From a virus, in IMG/VR virus record IMGVR_UViG_3300010389_000004, positions 30,082-94,081 of that record: a stretch of 64,000 nt of DNA; one strand, given 5' to 3'. This document shows, in pieces, positions 54,274 to 63,739 of this stretch; the first letter of the stretch is position 1; each line of letters opens with the position of its first letter. Made by a program: the position numbers and the translations under genes. The notes beneath the pieces are model-generated. The model had not been told where the DNA came from. It saw only the letters and a list, made by a program, of their open reading frames with translations, and made no database searches.

Positions 54274-56157
54274 TTATTCAACGTCGACGTTGAATTCAAA
54301 CGTGCCGCCAACCGCTCGAACCGTCTGCTTCTCAATGACCTCCACTCGCTCGCCATCCCACACATGCGATGAGTCGCGGGAGTACACGAACTCCTTGAGA
54401 TTAGAGACCTTGTGAGCAAGGATGGTTTTCTCCTTGCGGTCCATGAGCACAAACCACCGAGACCCTTCGAGACGCCCAAGGAAAACCGAGTGTCGCTCGC
54501 CATCCCAGCAATCATCAATCTTCCAGTCGTAGTTTGATCTAGCTCCTGTGAGCGTTCGCAGGTACTGACCAAACACATTCGACGGGTAAGCATCGTCGCC
54601 CAGCACGAAGTCAAAGCGCGTAGATTCGATCAGGTAGTGGTACAGGTTCACCCTGCTGCTGTCATCGAGGGCGTGGTCGTGGCGATCAAGCAAGTTCAGG
54701 AAGGATTGGTCTTCAAGACGGTCGTCGCACTCACTATCCAGAAACCCTAAGACCTCGTGCAAGTAGTCATCGTCGAACTCAGTAACGTTCTCAAACATCT
54801 CGCCAGGGTGTACAAAGTAAAACTCGGCGCAGTCGGTCCGGTCTTCTTCGCAATACAGGCACTCGCCTTCGTAAACACACCACTGCCATGAATCCAGAAA
54901 ACCACCACGCACACCAATGAGTTTCTCCAGAGGAATGCAAGTAGGTGTCCCATCCTGCCAAATAACAATACCTTTCACCTGATGCACCAGCCTCGGATAC
55001 CCCAAGTCCTCTTTCTTCACCCAGATTTGGACAGTGTTTTGGGAATACCCGCTATCGTAGAGCTTCACCAACCCCATATCCTGAAGCTCTTCCAAAGGGT
55101 ACGACTGCTCGGAGTTCGACCAACTGGAGTAATTCATGTACCACTGGGTCTTCCGGTTGAGTCGCGGGAGGGTGTCCAATTCAGGATCAACCCGAACCCC
55201 GTCAATAACCGGCACTCCTACTTTGCTCAACCGGAGTAAACGGAGCTGGGTTTTGGTCAGCTCTTGCCCAACAGGGAGGCTATATAAGTACCCGCTGATA
55301 GCCGAAGCTACCGTGTTGGAATACGCTTGAGACCCTTTCTCCGCCAGGTGCATACGATCGGGGAGACGGAGAGCAAGCTCTTCCTCAGTGAACACACCGA
55401 GCACCCACATATAGGCGTCGTACCCCCAGAACTCTGTCGGGTAAGCCTGCTCATTGACAACAGCCCCATAACGAAGCTTGTCAGTGTAGTTGACCTCGTC
55501 ATAGGTCTTCAGGTCAGAGTCGTCCACATCGTCAACAACAAGCCCAGACTTGGCATAGAACACTCGAAATTCCCGCCCTTTGTGAGTGAAGGTGTCCACC
55601 GGCTTGTGCTTCGGGAGTCCGTTCACACCCAAGGCGAAGCGCAAGGTCTCAACAAAATTCTTTTCTCGACCATGCCTAAGACTCAGCTCCTGGGGCGTCT
55701 CCAGAGCACGCTGCACCTCTTCCAGTTTCTCTTCTCGAAGGTGGTAGTCCAGCGTCACACATTCCGACAGCGTAGGCGTATCAAAGACCTCAAGGATCTT
55801 GAAATTCTCCAAATCCACATCCACACGTTTTCCGGCAGAGTAGACCGACACCTTGCTGGCAAGGATTCTGGCAGCCCAAAACCCCATACCTGCTGGCGTC
55901 TCCTTTTCCAGATCCCAGTTGTTGCGGCCAATAGCCATAACCGCGTCCCAATCCTCCTGGGTGAACTCACGACCGTTATAGGACACCAGAAGCCCATTCT
56001 CAGGCGTCACTTCTGCGGTGAGTTCGGTTGCCCCAGCCCGACGAGCGTTGTGGACGATTTCCCACAAAGCGCTCTCAACACTGTCAGAAAAGAAGCGTGA
56101 GTAGGACTTCAGAAGTCCCTGCACGTCTACCGTCACATTTCGGTTTTTGATTTCCAT
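54274..56157 (-). CDS. GHKL (HATPase_c)-fold protein, possibly degenerate
   Basis: EIVHNARRAGA (N box), YNG in place of DNG, and PAGMGF (G2 box). Confidence 0.7.
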   Translation of the reverse strand: MEIKNRNVTVDVQGLLKSYSRFFSDSVESALWEIVHNARRAGATELTAEVTPENGLLVSYNGREFTQEDWDAVMAIGRNNWDLEKETPAGMGFWAARILASKVSVYSAGKRVDVDLENFKILEVFDTPTLSECVTLDYHLREEKLEEVQRALETPQELSLRHGREKNFVETLRFALGVNGLPKHKPVDTFTHKGREFRVFYAKSGLVVDDVDDSDLKTYDEVNYTDKLRYGAVVNEQAYPTEFWGYDAYMWVLGVFTEEELALRLPDRMHLAEKGSQAYSNTVASAISGYLYSLPVGQELTKTQLRLLRLSKVGVPVIDGVRVDPELDTLPRLNRKTQWYMNYSSWSNSEQSYPLEELQDMGLVKLYDSGYSQNTVQIWVKKEDLGYPRLVHQVKGIVIWQDGTPTCIPLEKLIGVRGGFLDSWQWCVYEGECLYCEEDRTDCAEFYFVHPGEMFENVTEFDDDYLHEVLGFLDSECDDRLEDQSFLNLLDRHDHALDDSSRVNLYHYLIESTRFDFVLGDDAYPSNVFGQYLRTLTGARSNYDWKIDDCWDGERHSVFLGRLEGSRWFVLMDRKEKTILAHKVSNLKEFVYSRDSSHVWDGERVEVIEKQTVRAVGGTFEFNVDVE

Positions 56158-56203
56158 CGTTTTACCTCACTGGTTTGTTTGATTGATCGAGTTGTCCGTA
56201 CTC

Positions 56204-56680
56204 TTAGCGCTCACCTTTCAGGTACACATCCGCTACGGGTTCGTTTTGGTCGACGTGGCTGTACTCCAGCGCATCGTCCAAATTCTCACCTTTCCCATCC
56301 AACGCGAAAGCTCGGGCCTGCTCCTCACTGACAGCCTCTACCTCACGCTTCTGAATGTGGATCTCCCGAAGCTCGACGATGTAGGTTTGCACCTCAAGAG
56401 CCTCAAGCTGCTGGATGATTTCATCGGCGTAAGCCAAAGACTCGTCAATATCCATCGGCTCTTCGTCAACAGGGACGCTGATACTCACCGTGATATCCTC
56501 ATCACCGAGCATCTGCACCCTGCCAAAATCCACGACGCCCCAACGCTGGTTATCAGAAGAATAGACGCAATACACGTCGAGGCTTTGCGCCTCATTGTCG
56601 ACTGACTCGCGCTCCACGAACTTGGCGATTTCAGACGCAAGCTCTTTTCGTTGAATGTTCACCTTCATGGTGTCCCTCAC
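56204..56680 (-). CDS. Acidic hypothetical protein
   Basis: C-terminal YIVELREI....EVEA.SEEQA module. Confidence 0.6.
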   Translation of the reverse strand: MRDTMKVNIQRKELASEIAKFVERESVDNEAQSLDVYCVYSSDNQRWGVVDFGRVQMLGDEDITVSISVPVDEEPMDIDESLAYADEIIQQLEALEVQTYIVELREIHIQKREVEAVSEEQARAFALDGKGENLDDALEYSHVDQNEPVADVYLKGER

Positions 56681-56685
56681 TGTTT

Positions 56686-56713
56686 GAAAGAAAACCCAGC
56701 CTGGTGGCTGGGT
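56686..56713 (-). terminator. Intrinsic terminator
   Basis: ACCCAGCC-acca-GGCTGGGT plus TTTCTTT. Confidence 0.7.
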
Positions 56714-56716
56714 GAA

Positions 56717-57697
56717 TTACTCTTCTTCGTCCTGCTTTTCCCGTGGGTACTCATCCTCGGGCAGGTCATGTGACCCATAGTCGGTGTGGAAGAACTCCTG
56801 CTTGTCATCCATGTGCTCGTACATCCAAAGTCCGACACCTTGACCTTGGCAGTCCATGACGAAGAGGTGTCCGAATTGCTCAGGCGTCAGATCGGATTCA
56901 TACCCATGCTTGATGTAGTAACTGGAAAACAGCTTCCACATCGACCCGTACTTTTCACAAGCCTTGTTGTACAGACGTTCGGCTTCCTTGACCGCCCCTT
57001 CGGGAATGTCCTCTGGGAGACGCTCCATGATCTCACCAGGCGTTGTGTGTCCGAACTCCTCTTCCCAATCCGCAAACGCCGTGGCGAACAGCGTCTTGGT
57101 CATGCTTTCCAACACAATCTGGCAGAACTGCTCGTAGCCGATGTACTTATCATCGACAGGACTCATGCTGAGGACTGCCGCAGCACGCCCGACATCGCAA
57201 TACCACCGCTCATCTCCGATGTCGTCTTCCCACTCCTGTTTCCCACGGTTAGCCAGAGCATACTCCAGCTTTTCACGGGCAGCTTCTTGAGCGAGGTCAA
57301 AGTCCACCGGCACTTCAGGGTTGTCAGAATGCGCCCACTCCTCGCCGTCGTAGTGAACCCACACGCCGTCGGTGGTGAGGCTCCCACATTCCGACAAGCG
57401 GAGTTCTTTTGGTGGGCGCCGTCCGTTGTCCTGAAGCTCTTCACGGTACGGACTCCTGAACACTCGACCCACATGGCGCATATGAGTGAGTGCCTGCTCA
57501 AGCTCGTCAACAGCGTTGGTGATTTTGTCTTTGACCGTCCCAAGATCAGTATGCTCAGGCATCTGAGCTACGTCACTCACGTCAGTGAGCGCACCAGATA
57601 CCATATCAAAAGCCTTCGACAGCTCATGAATATCCGAGCTGTAGAGATAGTCTCCTCGCGTCATAGCTCTACTCCTTTGCGTCCATGATGTGACCAC
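56717..57697 (-). CDS. Acidic early protein
   Basis: 326-aa ORF; likely start MTRGDY with AAGGAG RBS. Confidence 0.7.
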   Translation of the reverse strand: MVTSWTQRSRAMTRGDYLYSSDIHELSKAFDMVSGALTDVSDVAQMPEHTDLGTVKDKITNAVDELEQALTHMRHVGRVFRSPYREELQDNGRRPPKELRLSECGSLTTDGVWVHYDGEEWAHSDNPEVPVDFDLAQEAAREKLEYALANRGKQEWEDDIGDERWYCDVGRAAAVLSMSPVDDKYIGYEQFCQIVLESMTKTLFATAFADWEEEFGHTTPGEIMERLPEDIPEGAVKEAERLYNKACEKYGSMWKLFSSYYIKHGYESDLTPEQFGHLFVMDCQGQGVGLWMYEHMDDKQEFFHTDYGSHDLPEDEYPREKQDEEE

Positions 57698-58199
57698 CGA
57701 CCACGGCGTTCACTGCCTGAGTAACCTGCTTGGCAGCAACCTCACCAACTGAAGACAGAGTTGCCTGATGTAGCTCTCCCGTGTCTTCCGAATCAGGAAG
57801 TGCAGCAAGCATGTTCCGTTTTTGGCAACCGATACGGATACGCCCCGTATCGTAAACCGAGAAATCCACCAGACCGTGCGTGCCTTCAAACAGCAGCTCA
57901 GTTTCCGGCAACCGCCCGCCAGGACATCCTTCTTTGTACCAGTCCCTCACGAAGTTCATAAGATTCGTCAAAGTGCCTTTGGAGAAAGCGATGAATTCGT
58001 CCCCTACTTGCTCTCTGATCTTGTTGAGAAGCTCGATCGCCCGAACCGCCCTCTCCGGCGTCGAGTATTCGGCGAAGCACCGCAGAGCGAGTGCGCCCAT
58101 CTCTGAGTAGGAGTCTGTTAGGTGTGTTTTCCCGTCAGGCCAGTCCACCCGAAACGACGGGACCCCTGCTGCGGTACCGATTGTGAATTTGACGTGCAT
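57669..58199 (-). CDS. Hypothetical early protein
   Basis: ORF with RBS. Confidence 0.65.
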   Translation of the reverse strand: MHVKFTIGTAAGVPSFRVDWPDGKTHLTDSYSEMGALALRCFAEYSTPERAVRAIELLNKIREQVGDEFIAFSKGTLTNLMNFVRDWYKEGCPGGRLPETELLFEGTHGLVDFSVYDTGRIRIGCQKRNMLAALPDSEDTGELHQATLSSVGEVAAKQVTQAVNAVVGGHIMDAKE

Positions 58200-58208
58200 A
58201 CCTTTTCC

Positions 58209-58694
58209 TCATTCTTCCTTGCGAGGCACAAAATCCATCAACGTTTGACTGATTGTGTACATCGCGTAGCGCCGCGACTTCTCATTAGCCGCCACCTGCT
58301 CAGGGTTTGGCAAGAGCCACTCGCCTTTTTCACCCTCAAACCACCAACCCTTGGTGGAATAACACAACTTCGCTTGGTTGTAGTTTTGCAGGGTAAAGTA
58401 AGGCATCTCAGCGAATCGCGGACACCCTTCCATGTACCACAGCCCGATAGCGTTCACCACTGCCTCAGCGACACCTTCTGCGACGCCCTGCCCCTCTTGG
58501 TAATCCAAGTCTTTCGAAAGTTCAGCCACAGTGTGCAAAAACAAAAACGCCGAAGCTCCGTCAATCGGCGGGTACTCTGCGAGCTTCCGCAGAAGTTCGT
58601 AAGGATACCCCTCAAACGCCTTGACTTGCGTTATCCGCAGCAGGGGTTTGGATAGGGTACTCACCCCTACTTCAACTCTGTACGTTGTCGTCAT
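58209..58694 (-). CDS. Hypothetical early protein
   Basis: Coupled ORF. Confidence 0.65.
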   Translation of the reverse strand: MTTTYRVEVGVSTLSKPLLRITQVKAFEGYPYELLRKLAEYPPIDGASAFLFLHTVAELSKDLDYQEGQGVAEGVAEAVVNAIGLWYMEGCPRFAEMPYFTLQNYNQAKLCYSTKGWWFEGEKGEWLLPNPEQVAANEKSRRYAMYTISQTLMDFVPRKEE

Positions 58695-58882
58695 TGACTC
58701 ACCCCAAACTTCCCACGATTGCGTCGCTTAGCACGCTTGCCCACTGCCTTGGAAGCCGCATTGGTGCAAGGCTTCCTGGTGAAGGTATTCCCTGCGTAAC
58801 CTCCACCACCCAAAGCGTTGTTTGGCAGCGTTGCCGTTGCAGCACCCATCGCCATCAACGCACCTATCGTTGCTTTACTCAT
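58691..58882 (-). CDS. Small basic protein
   Basis: GGAG RBS; K/R-rich tail. Confidence 0.6.
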   Translation of the reverse strand: MSKATIGALMAMGAATATLPNNALGGGGYAGNTFTRKPCTNAASKAVGKRAKRRNRGKFGVSQ

Positions 58883-58912
58883 GTTTTCTCCAAACTCAGA
58901 GTTGTTGGATCA

Positions 58913-60013
58913 TCAGGAGGCAGCTTCGAGAGCTTCCTCAAGAGTTGTGTACCAACCCATCGGCCCACCGTGTTTGTCGGACACAACGTGGAACTGCTGA
59001 GGGTCTTCATGTTCCGACAGATACCGTGCGTAAGGGTCGTTCGAGTCGTCTGGGTTCAATTCCTCACGAATCTGCGCGACCGAACAGATGGAGACAAGTT
59101 TGGGGTCACAGCGCTCGGCAATGAAGACAGCGCGTGCCAGTCGTGACCAGTCTTCATCAGGGTATCGGGTACAAGCGTCCATCAGCACACGGTCAACCTC
59201 TGAAAGGAGAATCTTGTGGCAGCCGGCATGAATCAGCGTGTCGTCTTTTACCTTCTCCACTCGATCTACTGTGTAATCGCCGACCGGCCCCAGTGGGAAC
59301 CCGTGGGAGTATTGCATACGCCGTTGCACGACACTCCAAGTGGGGATCTTGAGACTCAGCGTAGTTTCCAAACGAGACCTGCTGTGTATACGCAGGTGTT
59401 CGACTGCGTAGGCGTTTCGCCTGGTGAAAGCGCCGCCTTTCTCACGCCACTCAGCTAAGGCTTCCTGAGCCGTAGCTGAAGCCTCAACAACCACAGGCGT
59501 CTTCATATTCATAAGAAGCACCATCTGCGGGTGAGTACAGTCTTCAGGGATATCGACCCCCAACAAACGCAGTGCTTGCTGGATCAGGTTCAAACGGTCT
59601 GCGTGTTCACACTTCTTGAGCTGGGATCGCGCCCGACTCAATTTCTGAACTCGTTCCCGCGCTTGCTCAAGAAGACGGGGAGTCATCTTCTCGAAATACT
59701 CCTCCCAACTGATCCGCGTGGGGGCATTCACCACATCAGCGATAGGAAGCGCGTCGTAGATAGCCAGGTATCGGTGGCCTTGGTACTTGGTAGCTTCCTT
59801 GAGCAGCCCGATGTGCTTGCCGGTAGTAACACTCCAAAAGTTCTCACAAACCACCAGCACTCTGTGGCCTGCCAAAAAAGTGTGACAAGCAATCGGTTCA
59901 CGGTAGCTGTAAAGCCGTCCATCGACGCAGTGGACACTCCCATGCCCGTTTCCTTCAAATTCGTACTCGTTAGCAAACCGGTGGAACAGGTCCGTGTTGC
60001 TGATCTTTTTCAT
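58913..60013 (-). CDS. Early phage protein
   Basis: LYSY..PIA...WSVTTGKH and LIHAGCHKI patterns seen in phage early genes. Confidence 0.7.
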   Translation of the reverse strand: MKKISNTDLFHRFANEYEFEGNGHGSVHCVDGRLYSYREPIACHTFLAGHRVLVVCENFWSVTTGKHIGLLKEATKYQGHRYLAIYDALPIADVVNAPTRISWEEYFEKMTPRLLEQARERVQKLSRARSQLKKCEHADRLNLIQQALRLLGVDIPEDCTHPQMVLLMNMKTPVVVEASATAQEALAEWREKGGAFTRRNAYAVEHLRIHSRSRLETTLSLKIPTWSVVQRRMQYSHGFPLGPVGDYTVDRVEKVKDDTLIHAGCHKILLSEVDRVLMDACTRYPDEDWSRLARAVFIAERCDPKLVSICSVAQIREELNPDDSNDPYARYLSEHEDPQQFHVVSDKHGGPMGWYTTLEEALEAAS

Positions 60014-60284
60014 GTTCTCTCCTAGTCTGAATGTAGGTTTGGGCAGCTTTCAAACACTGACCCTCAGCCCATGCGTAAGGGCAGGAATCACCAAGGTCTT
60101 CCCAAGGCGGTACGTTGTCTGCCAACTTCAACCAGTCCTCACCGACAAAGACCTCTTCCGTATCAGGAAGACCGTCTTTCGGGTGGTTATTGCCAGTTAG
60201 CCGATCGACCGTGAAATGCGCGTGGTTATCCCCCACGTTCGACGTAATCACGAACTCGCCGATCTGCTCGATGATCTTTTCCAT
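59970..60284 (-). CDS. Hypothetical early protein
   Basis: ORF with RBS. Confidence 0.6.
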   Translation of the reverse strand: MEKIIEQIGEFVITSNVGDNHAHFTVDRLTGNNHPKDGLPDTEEVFVGEDWLKLADNVPPWEDLGDSCPYAWAEGQCLKAAQTYIQTRREHEKDQQHGPVPPVC

Positions 60285-60293
60285 GTTGTCTCC

Positions 60294-60722
60294 CTACCTC
60301 ATGGTGCGCAGAGGTAATGACGACAAGAAACGTCGGTCATCCGACCGAAGGCACTCCTTGACAACAACTTTCGCAAGCAAGGCCCAGTCAACCCGCGAGT
60401 CTTGCGCAGCCAACAGCACGGCCTTCCGAAGTGCGTGCTCAGCGTCCAGAAACCCCGCGAGTCTTGCCATGCGGTGGTAAATGACCGAGCAAAACCACGC
60501 CCCACTGTTTGCCTCACGCAGAGACCCGCTCAATTCCTGGTCCTCGTACATGAGCTGCACCATCGCACGGATTCCGGCAGCCAGGGTGATGATGATGCTT
60601 GACTCTTCCAGCGCGGAGCCTCGCACCATGTAGCGTGTGCGGGTCCGTTGAGGACCCTCATCAAAAAACCCAGCGAACAGGCCGCTGAGTTTCTCGGTAC
60701 GTTCTTCGATGGGGGTTTTCAT
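60294..60722 (-). CDS. Hypothetical early protein
   Basis: Coupled ORF. Confidence 0.6.
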   Translation of the reverse strand: MKTPIEERTEKLSGLFAGFFDEGPQRTRTRYMVRGSALEESSIIITLAAGIRAMVQLMYEDQELSGSLREANSGAWFCSVIYHRMARLAGFLDAEHALRKAVLLAAQDSRVDWALLAKVVVKECLRSDDRRFLSSLPLRTMR

Positions 60723-61288
60723 AGGACGTTGATAACTCCCGTGTTGTGGTTCTCATGCATGTACTCGACCAGGACGTGATACGCCAAGTCATTATCACTG
60801 AGGTGGCCGTCGGGGTCATGAGAACGACCGCCGTCCTCAAACAACTCGTCCCACGTCTTCTTATCCACCTTTTCGAATCGGTAGCGCCCTCGGACTCGGC
60901 GCGGCTGGTGCGATTCCGCTTTCTCGTCACCGTCCTCTTTACCACCTACAGGCAGTCGCTCAACATCCGAGCAATTCCAGTAGATAACCCGCTCACCCTC
61001 GCTGACGGCGTGTGTCAGGTCGTCGTACAGCTCCTCACGGGCGTCGTCATCTTCGGGGTATTCCTCAGCGACGTACTCAAGCAGGTAAAGCCCGAAGCAA
61101 GGGGTAAATGAACACAGGTGAACCGCTTCTGTAGCGTCGTACCAGTACACCGAGTAGATCTTCCCTCCGGCTTTCTTCTTGAGGTCTTCGCACCACCCGT
61201 CTTCTTCAAAGACGGCCAGCCAGATGTCCGGTGGACAAGGCTTCTCGTTTTCTTCGGTTTCCATGTTCTCTCCAATTAGTACAACCAC
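60719..61288 (-). CDS. Acidic early protein
   Basis: D/E-rich; likely start METEEN. Confidence 0.65.
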   Translation of the reverse strand: MVVLIGENMETEENEKPCPPDIWLAVFEEDGWCEDLKKKAGGKIYSVYWYDATEAVHLCSFTPCFGLYLLEYVAEEYPEDDDAREELYDDLTHAVSEGERVIYWNCSDVERLPVGGKEDGDEKAESHQPRRVRGRYRFEKVDKKTWDELFEDGGRSHDPDGHLSDNDLAYHVLVEYMHENHNTGVINVL

Positions 61289-61527
61289 TCGTCAACGTAC
61301 TCATCTTCGTCAAGCTCTACGCTAGTGGGTTCGCCTTGCTCCTCCAAGGCTCTGTACTCACCGAGAAGCTTTGCCCATTTCTGGAAAAGTGAGCGCACCT
61401 TGACGGTGATTTCCTCCTCAACCCGTGTGTACAGGCGGTGCCCGTCAAGGAAGCTGATTTTTCCGTCCTCATCTTCCAGAACTGTCCCGCAACACGAAAT
61501 CGGGAACCAATACTCCACGTTCGACAT
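61276..61527 (-). CDS. Small acidic early protein
   Basis: 83 aa. Confidence 0.6.
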   Translation of the reverse strand: MSNVEYWFPISCCGTVLEDEDGKISFLDGHRLYTRVEEEITVKVRSLFQKWAKLLGEYRALEEQGEPTSVELDEDEYVDEWLY

Positions 61528-61544
61528 TCAAGCTCACCTTTCGC

Positions 61545-61868
61545 TTAGTAACCATCGGGGTCTTCATACCCCTCGCCTCTTTCCAGCACCGTTGAGCTGA
61601 CGAGCACTCTTTGAAGCTCATCCCAGCCTGTGTAGCCATCTCCGAAAGCATCTCCGACGTGGAGATACTCATACTCATCGGTATGTTCCTCCCACCAGTC
61701 GAGCGGGACGTACCCACTGCGGATTTCAAAATCAAAACGAGGGTCATCACTCGGGTACCAATACCGGTAGCCTGCCCCGCTGTCGGAACTCGTGACGCCT
61801 GACAAAACTCCGTCGGCGTACACCATGAAGTAGACCAAAATAGTTTTCATCGTTGCTCTCCTGCTCAT
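61545..61868 (-). CDS. Small acidic/aromatic early protein
   Basis: D/E/Y/W-rich. Confidence 0.6.
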   Translation of the reverse strand: MSRRATMKTILVYFMVYADGVLSGVTSSDSGAGYRYWYPSDDPRFDFEIRSGYVPLDWWEEHTDEYEYLHVGDAFGDGYTGWDELQRVLVSSTVLERGEGYEDPDGY

Positions 61869-61919
61869 CCAAAAACGCCCTCATATCTGGACACTCCCCA
61901 TTGAGTGTACTGGCGACGG

Positions 61920-62201
61920 TTATTGAAGCTGGTCTCGACCGACCTCAGTCAAGTAAACAGATGTGTCAGCGAAGCGTCCAACCATCCCCGCCCTCTCAAG
62001 GGTGAGATATTCAGCCGGAGTAATGTTGACTCCGACCAGCTTGCCTTTCGTGGCGCGGTGCTGGCGGGACACCGACCCTGCCAAATGATTGTCAGACCCT
62101 GCCCGCGTGATGAAGGCGCGAACACCGCCCTCAGCCACGGTGCGGAGAAAACGGGTGCGCTTGACTTTTGCCTTCGCGCTCAAAATGGTTTTTGCTTTCA
62201 T
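61920..62201 (-). CDS. Small basic protein with a winged-helix-like C-terminus
   Basis: TLERAGMV...VYLTEVGR. Confidence 0.55.
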   Translation of the reverse strand: MKAKTILSAKAKVKRTRFLRTVAEGGVRAFITRAGSDNHLAGSVSRQHRATKGKLVGVNITPAEYLTLERAGMVGRFADTSVYLTEVGRDQLQ

Positions 62202-62431
62202 GACAGTTCCTCACGAAAATCCCCATTCAGCTTACAGACTCCGTGTCCGTAATTACCAGACTGCGCCAACGTGGAGGCATGGGTTATGCAGTCCATAGGC
62301 CGGTATCAAAACCTGATACCAGCCAAGCCTTATTGCAAGGCGAAGAAACCCGTCACGCGCCCAATTAGGAAAATCGGGATCGTGCGGGAGAACGCAGGCA
62401 GAGTAAAAACTAGCCTGCACTTGAAATTGTG

Positions 62432-62470
62432 AAAACTGGCGGCGGAAAAGGCAAAACTGGCGGCGGAAAA
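62432..62470. repeat. Tandem 18-bp direct repeat AAAACTGGCGGCGGAAAA x2 (21-bp period)
   Basis: Copies at 62432-62449 and 62453-62470. Confidence 0.9.
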
Positions 62471-62521
62471 TTGCTGCAAAAGCAGCATGTCTGCTTCAAG
62501 AGCGGCTTACTTTAGAGACTC

Positions 62522-62577
62522 GTCTCTCTTATGACCCATCTCACACTTGAGACAAGGGGGTGGGTCATAAGAGAGAC
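62522..62577. other. Long inverted repeat (17-bp perfect arms)
   Basis: GTCTCTCTTATGACCCA...TGGGTCATAAGAGAGAC. Confidence 0.85.
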
Positions 62578-62634
62578 ACCCAGGCTACTTCCCACGGCGC
62601 ATAATCGCGCCAACCGCCTTCTGCACCTTGTTCA

Positions 62635-63171
62635 TTATTGAATCCTCCAGACTCCCTCGCCCCGTATCAGTAGCTCACGGCGTAGCTTGCTGACGTGACG
62701 CTTGGCTTTTCGCGCTGATACTCTCACAAGGGATACGCCCCCTTGCCCTTGTCTTTCCGCTGCGTTGCATAGCTCGCAAGTATTCGCGTAGCCTGCTACT
62801 TCTGCCAGCCACGCTAGCGCCTTTTTACGGCGTTTTCTAGACGCGCTTCCTTCACTGGCGGGAAGGATCGTAACGGAAAAGGTATTTTCGTGAGAATCGC
62901 CCTCAAACCACAGCAGCGACTCGTATCGAAAGTGAACCATGTCCTTACTTGAGACAAGCGGAAAGCTAGTGTCCTCTTTCCCTTCCCAACGCACCGCCGT
63001 TTTTATACCTGTCTGGATTCTGCGCATACGATCGGCGCTCCAGCGGTACACGGGGCGGTTTATAAGTGCAGTAGTTTCCACTTGTACTACTCTCTGCAAG
63101 CGCGCTTTTCTACGCTTTGCGCTTGCACCTTTCCCGCGCGACTTGACAAAGTATCGGCCTTGAGCTTTCAC
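62635..63171 (-). CDS. Very basic early protein
   Basis: 178 aa, R/K-rich; GAAAGGTG RBS. Confidence 0.6.
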   Translation of the reverse strand: MKAQGRYFVKSRGKGASAKRRKARLQRVVQVETTALINRPVYRWSADRMRRIQTGIKTAVRWEGKEDTSFPLVSSKDMVHFRYESLLWFEGDSHENTFSVTILPASEGSASRKRRKKALAWLAEVAGYANTCELCNAAERQGQGGVSLVRVSARKAKRHVSKLRRELLIRGEGVWRIQ

Positions 63172-63192
63172 GGTTGCACCTTTCTTGTTTCA

Positions 63193-63232
63193 GGATTATG
63201 AGGCGAGTCTTATAAGACTCGCCTCATAATCC
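63193..63232. other. Perfect 40-bp palindrome
   Basis: GGATTATGAGGCGAGTCTTA|TAAGACTCGCCTCATAATCC. Confidence 0.9.
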
Positions 63233-63241
63233 CTGATCACC

Positions 63242-63739
63242 TTATTTCAGCGATTCCAGCTTTTCAGCTTCCAATTGCGCGACGTAGCCAATTGCACGCT
63301 GATGCTTGAGAACTTGGCTCAAAACCTTGCTGCGATTCTCAGGCTTGACCGTACAAGTCAGCAAGTCAGCACCGCGAAGAGACATCATAGCCTGAACGTC
63401 TCCCTTTTCAGACGTTTCTTGGATTCCCAAGACTCGTCCTTTTGCGACGGGATCACTTGAGATAGCCAGCTCAAACAATGACGCATTGTCTTTACCAGCA
63501 TACTCCAGAGTCTTTCTCAGTGCCAGCGAATCCAAGCTGACTTGTTCGCGGCGTTCTCCCTGCTTGCGGGTCAGCTTTGCAGGCAATCGCTTTTCAGCAG
63601 CGAATTGCATGACCCGATCACGCACTTCTTCCTCAGTCAGCAAAGCTGGATCATCATCACCCCAGTCAAAGACTGGCTTCGGGCCTGCTTCCGCAGTGAT
63701 GCTAGCCTTTACCGTGCTAGCTTTGTTCGTAGTAGTCAT
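63242..63739 (-). CDS. First early protein after the edge promoter (MTTTNK...)
   Basis: GAGGTG RBS before the ATG at 63739. Confidence 0.7.
   Translation of the reverse strand: MTTTNKASTVKASITAEAGPKPVFDWGDDDPALLTEEEVRDRVMQFAAEKRLPAKLTRKQGERREQVSLDSLALRKTLEYAGKDNASLFELAISSDPVAKGRVLGIQETSEKGDVQAMMSLRGADLLTCTVKPENRSKVLSQVLKHQRAIGYVAQLEAEKLESLK

Noticed and set aside
63193-63232. Protelomerase (telRL) site as a firm call
   Set aside because: No protelomerase gene in the window; kept only as one hypothesis.
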